From positions 1 through 18,744 of the forward strand of contig JBGSMD010000040.1 in NCBI GenBank assembly GCA_041740355.1: a stretch of 18,744 nt of DNA, written 5' to 3'. The notes beneath the pieces are model-generated. The model did not search any database and was not told the DNA's origin. It worked only from the letters and a program-made list of their open reading frames with translations. Source of the DNA: Bdellovibrionota bacterium. GTDB lineage: Bacteria > Bdellovibrionota_C > UBA2361 > CALJRW01. Below, piece by piece: positions 1 through 8,053 of this stretch (position 1 is the first letter of the stretch; every line of letters starts with the position of its first letter). The position numbers and the translations under genes are program-made.

Positions 1-62
1 GCAAATGGTAGCAAATCAGATAAGCAATCAGGATTTTCTTTATACTGTTTTAAGTTAAGCAT
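1..62 (-). CDS. trbE: Conjugal transfer ATPase TrbE (VirB4 family), N-terminal fragment running off the window edge
   Basis: Not in the ORF track. Reverse complement from ATG at 62-60 reads MLNLKQYKENPDCLSDLLPFA, resembling the usual TrbE start (MLNLxEY...LxDxLPWA). It overlaps the trbD stop, giving the canonical trbC-trbD-trbE order. Confidence 0.85.
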   Translation of the reverse strand, partial: MLNLKQYKENPDCLSDLLPF

Positions 63-312
63 GATAATACTTTTTTTGTTTTATTTGCCTTCTAAAAGTA
101 TCAAAGAATTGCTCATCTTCTTTAGTAAGGTGCATTGCTACTAAATGAATTATTAACCCAAGTGGGAAGCCCCAAAAGCTATGAAGCCCTAAAACGATAG
201 CGGACGTTATCGTGCCATTAATTATTGCCATCTCTCTTGGCACTCCAGCAATTAGAATTTGCTGAGTAAGGGAGCGATGGATTGGAATTTGAAATCCTTC
301 CATGCTAGACAA
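55..312 (-). CDS. trbD: Conjugal transfer protein TrbD (VirB3 family)
   Basis: EGFQIPIHRSLTQQILIAGVPRE motif, a hydrophobic segment, then HL...KEDEQFFD are typical of TrbD/VirB3. Lies between trbC and trbE. Confidence 0.92.
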   Translation of the reverse strand: MSSMEGFQIPIHRSLTQQILIAGVPREMAIINGTITSAIVLGLHSFWGFPLGLIIHLVAMHLTKEDEQFFDTFRRQIKQKKYYHA

Positions 313-625
313 TTAATGCTCCTGCTGAGAATCCAAAAAATGATAAGAAAAAACTAGTAGCAGAAAAAGCAATTGATAGTCCAAAAACAACCCAGAGCAT
401 CTTTCTCATTCCTCCACCACCTTCACCAAATGCAAGTGTAAGACCCGTAACAATAATGGCAATCACTCCAATTGCACGTGCTACTGGACCACTCATAGAA
501 TCTAGGATTTGCTCTAAAGGTCCCTCCCAAGGCATTCCACTTCCAGCAGCGTATACATTCTGAGTCAGCAAAAAGTATATTCCGAAAAAGATTAGTCCTT
601 TGTTTTTAATTAACTTGTTTATCAT
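305..625 (-). CDS. trbC: Conjugal pilin precursor TrbC (VirB2 family)
   Basis: Signal peptide ending VYA, then AGSGMPWEGPLEQILDSMSGPVA, two hydrophobic helices separated by AFGEGGGG: the TrbC pilin pattern. Confidence 0.95.
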   Translation of the reverse strand: MINKLIKNKGLIFFGIYFLLTQNVYAAGSGMPWEGPLEQILDSMSGPVARAIGVIAIIVTGLTLAFGEGGGGMRKMLWVVFGLSIAFSATSFFLSFFGFSAGALIV

Positions 626-750
626 CTCGGCTTTTAAATAAATATAAACAGATACCTGCCTTTTATCTCTTTAATCGTAGTTTTATTTTGAAAGTTGCTT
701 AATCTCTCAAATATTTTTTATCTCCCTTTTATAATTTAACTTCAAATGCC

Positions 751-887
751 CCTTCTTTAGTTCTTAATAGTTCCAAAGTGCTACCCTTCGTCAAGGTCGG
801 GGCCCGCACCCCGCTTTGCTCCCACCGTGTTCCTTAATTGACTAAGGGCTCCCCGACACTTTGGTTTTTATCTTTCACTAAAGAAGG
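751..887 (+). other. Structured intergenic element, copy 1 (long imperfect hairpin enclosing two conserved boxes)
   Basis: Nested inverted repeats 751-761/877-887, 773-780/857-864 and 784-794/838-848 (one mismatch). They enclose box A GGGGCCCGCACCCCG (799-813) and box B CTCCCACCGTGTT (819-831), both repeated exactly at 18549-18563 and 18628-18640. Function inferred only. Confidence 0.75.
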
Positions 888-920
888 TTTCTTTTTTAGT
901 TTTAATACTTTGGAGATAAA

Positions 921-1304
921 ATGATTACTAAGAAAATTTACGCACAACTTAAACAAATAATTCCTAGCTTTGATAAAGATTACTACAAGCTAAAAAGTGC
1001 AGGCTTTATGGATTTAAATATTGATGTACTAGAGCGAGATGAAAACTTTCTAACTATTGCACTTAGTCATTACTACTTACATGAGTCAGGGGATCTAATT
1101 CCTGACCCTGATATGGAAGTCAGAATTAACCTTACTGACGAAACTGCCTTTGCAACTAGCTTCCAAGATTTATATAATTACACAAGTATTTATGAAGCGA
1201 ACCAAGTCATTAATGTTAAAAAAGCTACTGACCTAAATAGCTTCTTACTTTACTGGCTTAACAACATTAAGGAACAAGGACATCGTATTTTCACCAATAA
1301 ATAA
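921..1304 (+). CDS. DUF1249/DUF6908-like hypothetical protein
   Basis: GGAG RBS at 912-915. Motifs GFMDLxID, LSHYY...GDLIPDPDMEVRI and C-terminal LNSFLxxWLxNIKEQGH match my recollection of DUF1249 (YqiB-like)/DUF6908 proteins. Confidence 0.75.
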   Translation: MITKKIYAQLKQIIPSFDKDYYKLKSAGFMDLNIDVLERDENFLTIALSHYYLHESGDLIPDPDMEVRINLTDETAFATSFQDLYNYTSIYEANQVINVKKATDLNSFLLYWLNNIKEQGHRIFTNK

Positions 1305-1406
1305 TTGGTGGTACTACTTTTTAAAAGTATTTTTAATTAGCAGAGGATCAAATGAAATAAAGAAATCTTCTAGCAGTAGCAAAACTTGCCTTGAAAGCGA
1401 CCACAA

Positions 1407-2348
1407 CTAATCGATCAATATTTCATCAATATTATCAATGTGGACTTCTTTTTTTATATCTTCAATTATTATAGACCAAAGATCCTCTGAAACTTTAGCT
1501 TTCAAATATGTTGTAGCCATTAAATGAAAATTTAATGCTGTATCATAGAGTTTTATTAAATAATCTTCATATATTTCGATAACATCATTGCCATAAAATA
1601 AAGGTAATGCCTTTCGATAATTTGTAGTTATTCGTGCTCCATAAATTACATCCATAAAACCTATTTTTGCTTTAGCTAAAGCCTCGTCTCTAGCTACTCT
1701 ATTTACTTTAGATTTAAAATTTTCATATCCTCTTTCCTTCTTTAGCCTAGACATAATCTCATTTATTTTCCATGTTGCATGACCATTTAATTTACACGCA
1801 AACGCACCTTCCGGATTAGCTAAAGCTTCCTCTTTAGTCTTTATAGATCTAGCTTTTTGATTACTATAAGAGTGAATTTGATTTTCTACATATTTTTTTT
1901 CTAATGAATCTAGCTTGCAATTATATGGATATAACATCTCGTCATTACAAAACATATTAAGCCACCCTTTTTTTACAACAGAATGATCAGAGATATTAGC
2001 CTCTGGATTTTTTAGTTTTATCATCATGGATGCACTACTATAAAATGTGTAATACCAACTTATAGAAGCCGAACGCAGAGTAGGTAATTTTTTTACGTTA
2101 GCTAAATCGCGAAGAGATGCTACGTGATTAATTGATAACAAAAAATGTGACAAAATAATCGAAAGTGTTTTGTCACAATAACTTTTCTTGTTATTCGCGG
2201 AAAAGGCAGATTCAAAATTTTGGTAATTATATTTACTGACTAATTTAGAATAACCGACAAGCCAAAGATATGTTCCGTGTAATGAATGAACAAACTGAGG
2301 ACTATCACCAGTCAATTCAATCATTTTATATATTTTCTTAATTTGCAT
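1407..2348 (-). CDS. Hypothetical protein with a probable HEPN-like domain
   Basis: 313-aa ORF. SWYYTFYSSA...SDHSVV and the C-terminal IYGARITTNY (Rx4Y) resemble the YY...H...RxxxxY pattern of HEPN-superfamily proteins, with a long insert. ORF secure, family tentative. Confidence 0.5.
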   Translation of the reverse strand: MQIKKIYKMIELTGDSPQFVHSLHGTYLWLVGYSKLVSKYNYQNFESAFSANNKKSYCDKTLSIILSHFLLSINHVASLRDLANVKKLPTLRSASISWYYTFYSSASMMIKLKNPEANISDHSVVKKGWLNMFCNDEMLYPYNCKLDSLEKKYVENQIHSYSNQKARSIKTKEEALANPEGAFACKLNGHATWKINEIMSRLKKERGYENFKSKVNRVARDEALAKAKIGFMDVIYGARITTNYRKALPLFYGNDVIEIYEDYLIKLYDTALNFHLMATTYLKAKVSEDLWSIIIEDIKKEVHIDNIDEILID

Positions 2349-2436
2349 AATAAATTACTTTTCATAGATTATTTAATAAATATAATCTTTTAGGTTCGAT
2401 CTTAAGCACTGTACCTTATTTTTAAATAATCCTTAT

Positions 2437-3219
2437 ATGGAAGAAATTATTAAAAAGTGTTGGATCTGTAAAACAAATAAGGCTGATAGTCGAGAACATA
2501 AAGTTTTAAAAGCAATATTAGATAAAGTCTATAATAAGTCGTTTCACCATAAAAACGATCTTGGATTCTTTAACAATGATTATTTTCAAATATTGAAAAG
2601 CTCGGGGGCTAATTTGCTTAAATTCAGTAAAACTATCTGCCAATATTGTAACAACTCTGCAACTCAACCCTCAGACAACTCTTTCTATATACTATGGTTA
2701 TTAGCGGTTAGAGATATTGAAACAATAATTACCACTAAACAACTTTCACTGAGTCAGTTTTCTGAAAAAAATTCTTTAGTTTTTCAAATGGAATGTAAAC
2801 GCTATTTAGCTAAACTTTTTGGTTGTAGTCTTGCTGAATCGAAGTGGTCTATTCCTGAAGACATCATAAATTTCGTCTCTCGAAAAAACGATTTTTCAAA
2901 TCTTATATTTACAGTAGAAATCAATAAGGACGTTATGTCCGTACCTAATCCGTGGAAATATATGCTAAGAATCCCAGTATCAAAAATTATAAATGATAAA
3001 AGCTATTATATGCTATATCAGCTTGGCCCATTGAGATTTAATTGTTTCTATAATCCTAGTATTGATATTGAGAATCTATGGGATGACAATACTCAATCAA
3101 TTAGCATAAATATAGAATCCTTTATTGACACATCCGAGAGGGAAATATTGAATGACAAATCTACTGATGCTAAATTCCTTGGTAACATGCTTATAAGAAA
3201 TCATTATTTTAAGGTCTAG
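2437..3219 (+). CDS. HNH-like (zinc-binding) endonuclease domain protein
   Basis: N-terminal CWIC...SREH...CQYCNN pattern (CxxC, EH, CxxCN) of HNH nucleases; C-terminal region not recognised. Confidence 0.65.
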   Translation: MEEIIKKCWICKTNKADSREHKVLKAILDKVYNKSFHHKNDLGFFNNDYFQILKSSGANLLKFSKTICQYCNNSATQPSDNSFYILWLLAVRDIETIITTKQLSLSQFSEKNSLVFQMECKRYLAKLFGCSLAESKWSIPEDIINFVSRKNDFSNLIFTVEINKDVMSVPNPWKYMLRIPVSKIINDKSYYMLYQLGPLRFNCFYNPSIDIENLWDDNTQSISINIESFIDTSEREILNDKSTDAKFLGNMLIRNHYFKV

Positions 3220-3253
3220 GTAGATAGTTTATGAAATAGGGTCTGCCCTGCTA

Positions 3254-4285
3254 TCAATTTTCTGCGGTTAGATCTTTGTTTATATTCGTCGCAGGATAAA
3301 GCGGATCTAGTTTATTAGCATAATCATGTGCCCAAGAAAGCCACTCAGCAAATTCATCCTTATCCTTAACAACATTTTCAAAACTCACTAAATATTCCCT
3401 AATAGCTTTTACTTTTTGAAACTTAAGTACATTGCTCTCTAAGGCCTTAATCCTATTCTCCTCTTCTTCTCTTTTTTGACGCGCAAGCTCTGAGCGTGCC
3501 TCGCTTTCAGCATACTCTATTGTCCGTAATCTCCTAGCCTCGGCAAGTTCTTCTAAATTAACAATAAAATCAGATAAGCAATTTTCAACTCTTTGCTTCG
3601 CACCATCTTTCCAAATCTGGCGATATGGGCGATACGCACTAAAGCATGTTAGTTGTAGCTTCCCAGTTGGAACATAAATTCGCTCATTATAATATTTATT
3701 CTGCTTGTATTCGGTTCTATCTAACTCTTGAAGTCCAAATCGTAATTTTTCACCTTTAAAAAATGAAAAAGTATTTTCCCTCTCCCTGTCATCAATTTTT
3801 ATAACATGCCCCCTAGCCTCTAAGGCAGTTATTAGAGTACTCATAATTTTTAATGCCCTGACCCTAACTTTTTTACTTACTCTGATATCTAAATGAGGAA
3901 GTTCAGCTAAAGGCTTTTTCCTTTCATTATAAGGTTTATCATCCTCTAGGAAATATTCTTTTGTTTGCTCAATAAGGGGATGGACTTTTGACTTACGGGT
4001 TGTTGGAATAATGTTAACGTCATTTGACTTAATGTACTCAGTTTTTGTTTTAGCATCATCTAAAATAATTACTTCCAGATAGCTACTTACTTCTGGAAGT
4101 TCTGGACGGACAAACTTTTCTCGGTTCTTGCTTGCCCAGAAACCAATTGGAGGAGTTGGAATTTCACGACTTTTACAAAGTTTTCCAAGACTATTACCAG
4201 ATAAGGGATATTTCTTTGCTAACTCTACTAAAGAATGTTCCCATACTTCCCTATAAAGTTGTTCCCTAGTAATCTTTAGAGACAT
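3254..4285 (-). CDS. Conserved hypothetical protein with N-terminal HTH-like domain
   Basis: ITREQLYREVW...LAKKY.LS...LGKLC...IPTPPIGFWA and C-terminal WLSWAHDYANKLDPL, a pattern I recognise from mobile-element hypothetical proteins. ATG at 4285 preferred over the track's TTG at 4306. Confidence 0.7.
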   Translation of the reverse strand: MSLKITREQLYREVWEHSLVELAKKYPLSGNSLGKLCKSREIPTPPIGFWASKNREKFVRPELPEVSSYLEVIILDDAKTKTEYIKSNDVNIIPTTRKSKVHPLIEQTKEYFLEDDKPYNERKKPLAELPHLDIRVSKKVRVRALKIMSTLITALEARGHVIKIDDRERENTFSFFKGEKLRFGLQELDRTEYKQNKYYNERIYVPTGKLQLTCFSAYRPYRQIWKDGAKQRVENCLSDFIVNLEELAEARRLRTIEYAESEARSELARQKREEEENRIKALESNVLKFQKVKAIREYLVSFENVVKDKDEFAEWLSWAHDYANKLDPLYPATNINKDLTAEN

Positions 4286-4302
4286 AATATTTGCTAGTAA
4301 TT

Positions 4303-4638
4303 TCAAATCCTAATGATCACGACTTCCTTATTACATTTATTAGCGTAATCAATTGCAGATTTAGTACCTTTTGATTTCCCATCCCAAAAGGCAATGACTT
4401 TTTCTGCTTGATTGACTATTTCCTTATTTCTAATTGGCCCAGCTGCACGGCCATACTTGTCCCAATCAGGAATAATTTCTATTAACTCAATATTATTTTG
4501 AATTGCATATCTCTTCGCAAGAGAATCTGCTCCCTTTGCTCCACCTGATATAATGACTGAAGGTTTATGATTATCTAATGTTGATTTTACTAAATCATAA
4601 TCATTAAATGTCCTAGATCCAATAACTGCTAATTTCAT
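4303..4638 (-). CDS. SLOG-superfamily protein (DUF2493 / YspA-related)
   Basis: MKLAVIGSR.F.DY, IISGGAKGADSLA, WDKYGRAAGPIRN and AFWDGKSKGT are hallmark DUF2493/SLOG motifs. Confidence 0.9.
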   Translation of the reverse strand: MKLAVIGSRTFNDYDLVKSTLDNHKPSVIISGGAKGADSLAKRYAIQNNIELIEIIPDWDKYGRAAGPIRNKEIVNQAEKVIAFWDGKSKGTKSAIDYANKCNKEVVIIRI

Positions 4639-4646
4639 ATTTGTTT

Positions 4647-5198
4647 TTAGTAAAGATATGATTCCAGGGTTTCCTCAACCTTTTCTCGAGATCGTGCTTT
4701 TTTTATAATTTCAATACAGGCGAGGTAATCATTGATGGTATAATCATCTTCAATTTCTACTAAACTCTCACCATCCGCAAAACTAATCTGCATTCCTATA
4801 ATCTGATCAATTTGATACTTTGTAAGTTCTAATTTTCCTAGTGGTTGAAAATCAATTCCACTGTGATTTAGAATTAAATTATCAGATCTGTAAATATTTG
4901 TATCACTACTTGGGGCTGTGTTATTAATTTCAATTTCTGCTTCATTACATCTTGTATTAGGATCACGCAAATCAAACGGTGCATTATTTAAGGCGAAATC
5001 AACCGCCTTGGCAGATGCTGGAAATAGATAAGTTAGGGTATAATAACAGTAGGTATTTACCGTTATATATCCTTCGATAACTTCACTAGTGTAATTACTT
5101 ATAAGCCCAATTTCTTTGGCTTCTCCAGAACCTCGGCATGTAAGTGTAATTTTATACTCTAACTTTTCTCGCTTATTTACCTTTAACTTAATAACCAT
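4647..5198 (-). CDS. Hypothetical protein
   Basis: 183-aa ORF with ATG start, ending 8 bp before the SLOG gene on the same strand; no recognised motif. Confidence 0.6.
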   Translation of the reverse strand: MVIKLKVNKREKLEYKITLTCRGSGEAKEIGLISNYTSEVIEGYITVNTYCYYTLTYLFPASAKAVDFALNNAPFDLRDPNTRCNEAEIEINNTAPSSDTNIYRSDNLILNHSGIDFQPLGKLELTKYQIDQIIGMQISFADGESLVEIEDDYTINDYLACIEIIKKARSREKVEETLESYLY

Positions 5199-5271
5199 AG
5201 ATCTGCTTTACAGTGTAAATAAGTTTTATTAGTTAGAAAATATTGTACGTAAAATGGGAAGCGCTATTTTT

Positions 5272-5994
5272 TTAGTTTTTTTTAGATTGCTTAAATTTTT
5301 CCAACCACTCTTTAGATAATTCTTGTCCTTTAACTATTTCTTCTGGAGTAAGTTTTTTTAATACTAATTCTCTTTTTTCTTCACCGCCAGTTCCAAAACT
5401 TGCTGAAATATTTAACCATTTATAAGCTAGAATAGAATCCTGGGGTAGCCCTCGACCCTCATCATACATCCACCCCAAGTTAATTTGCGCATCTGCATTT
5501 CCTTGCTCTGCCGCTATCTTATAATGTTTTATTGCTTCTTGGTAATCTTGTGAAATACCAATTCCCTTATCATACATTGATCCTAACCTGTAGTGAGCAT
5601 TAGAATCTCCTTTATCTATTGCTAATTTATAATACTTTATGGCTTCTTGATAACTCTCATGACCAAAGAGACTCCCATAATCTTCGCTTATAAAACCTAA
5701 GTTATAATATGCCTCAGCAATGCCTTGATTGGCAGCTAACTCATAATACTTAATTGCTTGTTGAATATCTCTGCTAACTTCTAGACCGTCAAAATACATC
5801 CCACCCAAGGTTAATTGAGACTTAACATCTCCCTGTTCAGCAAGAGTCTTAAGATCCTCGATTCGAGTGTCTGATTTAACTTCCTCTTGGTTGATTTTAC
5901 TTATAGTTTTATTTACTTCAATGTCATTAAAATTATTATGATATACAAAAAAACAAACTAACCCTAAGAATAAAACTGATAATAACTTCTTCAC
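5272..5994 (-). CDS. Sel1-like repeat protein with N-terminal membrane anchor or signal
   Basis: About four Sel1 repeats (e.g. AAEQGNADAQINLGWMYDEGRGLPQD) and a closing AYKWLNISA motif. Likely start is GTG at 5994 with TAAGGA about 10 nt upstream, which removes the overlap with rep. Hydrophobic KKLLSVLFLGLVCFFVY at the N-terminus. Confidence 0.9.
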   Translation of the reverse strand: MKKLLSVLFLGLVCFFVYHNNFNDIEVNKTISKINQEEVKSDTRIEDLKTLAEQGDVKSQLTLGGMYFDGLEVSRDIQQAIKYYELAANQGIAEAYYNLGFISEDYGSLFGHESYQEAIKYYKLAIDKGDSNAHYRLGSMYDKGIGISQDYQEAIKHYKIAAEQGNADAQINLGWMYDEGRGLPQDSILAYKWLNISASFGTGGEEKRELVLKKLTPEEIVKGQELSKEWLEKFKQSKKN

Positions 5995-6007
5995 TGAATT
6001 TTTATCC

Positions 6008-7441
6008 TTAGAAATTTTGACCCAATTCACGTTCAATCTGATCCTGAACAATTTTAGTTTTTAGAGTATTAAAAAAAGTACCCCCATCTTTTTTGCTTTT
6101 CTCATACTGAGATAATAAAAACGAACTGGCATTTTTAAATGCTTTTTCCTCTAACTCTTCTCTTTTATTGACCGATAAGCTTTTTAGGTAGATTTCATAA
6201 ACTTCCGTCTTCTCTTGATACTGCTGAGATAATTTGTTTTCCTCTTTCTTTTTAATTTCTTCAACTTGTCTTTTTACAGTCTCAGTTTTTTTTGCTTCTT
6301 CTTTTATCTCAATACTTGTCTTAAATGAATTTGGAAATCTAAATTCTGGATTATTAAAAGCTGATACTAGCCAAGCAGCTGTACTATTAATCGAGCTAAT
6401 TTTACTTTTAAGAGCAACATTCTCTAAGTATTCTAAAATTTTCTCTACATACTGCTCACCATGAAGAACGATAAATTTATTAGCTTGCTTTGCTTTTAAT
6501 CCGTGACTTATAAGTCGTTGCTGAAGTGGGCTCACTTGTTCGAGCTCTTTAACTCCAAGCTTACTAAAAGAGATTGTCCACTCTCCTCTTCTTTTCATTT
6601 GAAATCTTTTATCAACTGGAAGCGGCTTTATAAATCCTGCAACTTCTAATTCCTCAGCTGCTTTAATGAGTCTGGATTTTATTTTGGTTAAATTATTAGA
6701 AGCAGTTTTATTAATACCCATCTGCTTTGCAAATACTTCCATGTCGTACTCAAGGTAGGACTTAAAATAAAACTTCTTATCTAGATAGCGATACATGGCA
6801 AAAGCTAAATCACTTAGAGTTTGTAAGTATTCAAGCTTAATGTCTTTAACATTATTTTCTTTAAAACTTTTATAAAGAACATCACTCCACTTAAAGGAAC
6901 AGCTTTTCTTTTCCTTTACTCTTTTTCCTTGTTTTTCCTGCTCCACGATTTTTAGAGAATCAAGAATATTAAAATCTTCGGAAATATAGTTTTTATCCCC
7001 ATTACTGTACCAGCTATTTTCAAAGATAAACCTAATACTTCTTAGTCTATTTAATGCTTCTTTAAGGCGCTCATAGTTACGCCCATCTGGTGTCCAGTTA
7101 AGAATTTTTAAAATTTCACTTTGATTAAAATTAACTATTTGATTTTTGAAATCTCCAGGAGTTGTAAGGGCAATCAGAGCTACAAAAACTTTGGCATCTG
7201 ATGGAAGTGGAAGTCTGCAATTATCTGACGCTGAAATTGTTACTCGCTCAGTCTTTGATTGGCTTTTTGCAAAGCTTATGTGCTTAGTTTCTAAAGTTAC
7301 TGTTTTTTGATCCTGTGGATAGCCTGCAAAGATTAGACCTCCAACATCAGAGAAGTTCATCTCATCCTTTAACTTGTATGGTAACTCCATTTCAGTTAAG
7401 AGATTTTCTTGCTCTTTTTTATTAAGACTTAAAACTGTCAT
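6008..7441 (-). CDS. repA: Plasmid replication initiator protein (RPA / replication initiator protein A-like)
   Basis: DEMN..., LPLPSDAKVFVALI, FNQSEILKILNW..DGRNYERLKEALNRL, FNILD and MYRYLDKKFY fit RPA-type winged-helix initiators. Adjacent to an iteron-like array and parA. Confidence 0.85.
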   Translation of the reverse strand: MTVLSLNKKEQENLLTEMELPYKLKDEMNFSDVGGLIFAGYPQDQKTVTLETKHISFAKSQSKTERVTISASDNCRLPLPSDAKVFVALIALTTPGDFKNQIVNFNQSEILKILNWTPDGRNYERLKEALNRLRSIRFIFENSWYSNGDKNYISEDFNILDSLKIVEQEKQGKRVKEKKSCSFKWSDVLYKSFKENNVKDIKLEYLQTLSDLAFAMYRYLDKKFYFKSYLEYDMEVFAKQMGINKTASNNLTKIKSRLIKAAEELEVAGFIKPLPVDKRFQMKRRGEWTISFSKLGVKELEQVSPLQQRLISHGLKAKQANKFIVLHGEQYVEKILEYLENVALKSKISSINSTAAWLVSAFNNPEFRFPNSFKTSIEIKEEAKKTETVKRQVEEIKKKEENKLSQQYQEKTEVYEIYLKSLSVNKREELEEKAFKNASSFLLSQYEKSKKDGGTFFNTLKTKIVQDQIERELGQNF

Positions 7442-7575
7442 TTAAATTTTATTATTTAAATTTAAAAAATTACTACTAAGAAATTCTGTTTAAGTAGTTA
7501 CTTCTTTTACTAATAAGGTTTACTAAAGTAGGGCGTAAAATTTATGATGTTTTCTAGTGACTTAATTAAGTTTTT

Positions 7576-8035
7576 ACTCTCTTAGATCACGAAAATTACA
7601 ACTTTAAACTCCCTACCCTCACGTCTAATTTGTCTTCTTTACTCCTTAACATCACGAAGACCTGCTCCCTTAACTCACGACTTACACTTCCTACGATCAC
7701 GTTATCTCTTAAAGGTATAATGACACTCCCTAAAATCACGTCCTATTTTAGGATAAGTTATAAGTATTATTTACTTTCTTACCTTTAACTCTAGAGTTTT
7801 ATCATTATACTCACTCCCCATGATCACGATCTATTTTAGGGGGAATACTTACTCCCTAAGATCACGTATCTAAAGATAGCTAAGCTATTAATAAGTAACT
7901 ACTTTTTATTAATACCTGAGCAATCTCAAAAACAAATACTAAATTTAGACTCCCTTAGATCACGTCTAAACACCTACTTATTACTCCCTGTGATCACGAT
8001 CTATTTTAGCCAAAATTTTACACCCTTACCTCACA
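7576..8035 (+). repeat. Iteron-like array / putative oriV: 11 direct repeats, consensus ACTCCCnnnnATCACG
   Basis: 16-mers start at 7576, 7608, 7641, 7664, 7686, 7725, 7813, 7851, 7949, 7983 and 8020 (last one degenerate). All share one orientation and lie immediately upstream of rep; a very AT-rich tract lies at about 7441-7510. Confidence 0.88.
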
Positions 8036-8053
8036 TCTAATCGTGAAATATAC

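Noticed and set aside
626-720. Possible trbB 3' remnant or IncP-like nic site (GATACCTGCC at 651-660)
   Set aside because: The short open frame has no convincing TrbB similarity, and the sequence does not match the YATCCTGY nic consensus.
5995-6051. ORF-track N-terminal extension of the Sel1 gene
   Set aside because: It overlaps the rep 3' end; GTG at 5994 has an RBS and puts the hydrophobic signal at the N-terminus.
6234-6464. 76-aa plus-strand ORF
   Set aside because: Antisense shadow inside rep, with Phe/Ser/Leu-rich composition mirroring Lys/Glu codons.
7576-8035. Direct-repeat array as CRISPR
   Set aside because: Short bipartite repeats with variable cores and uneven gaps next to rep fit iterons much better.
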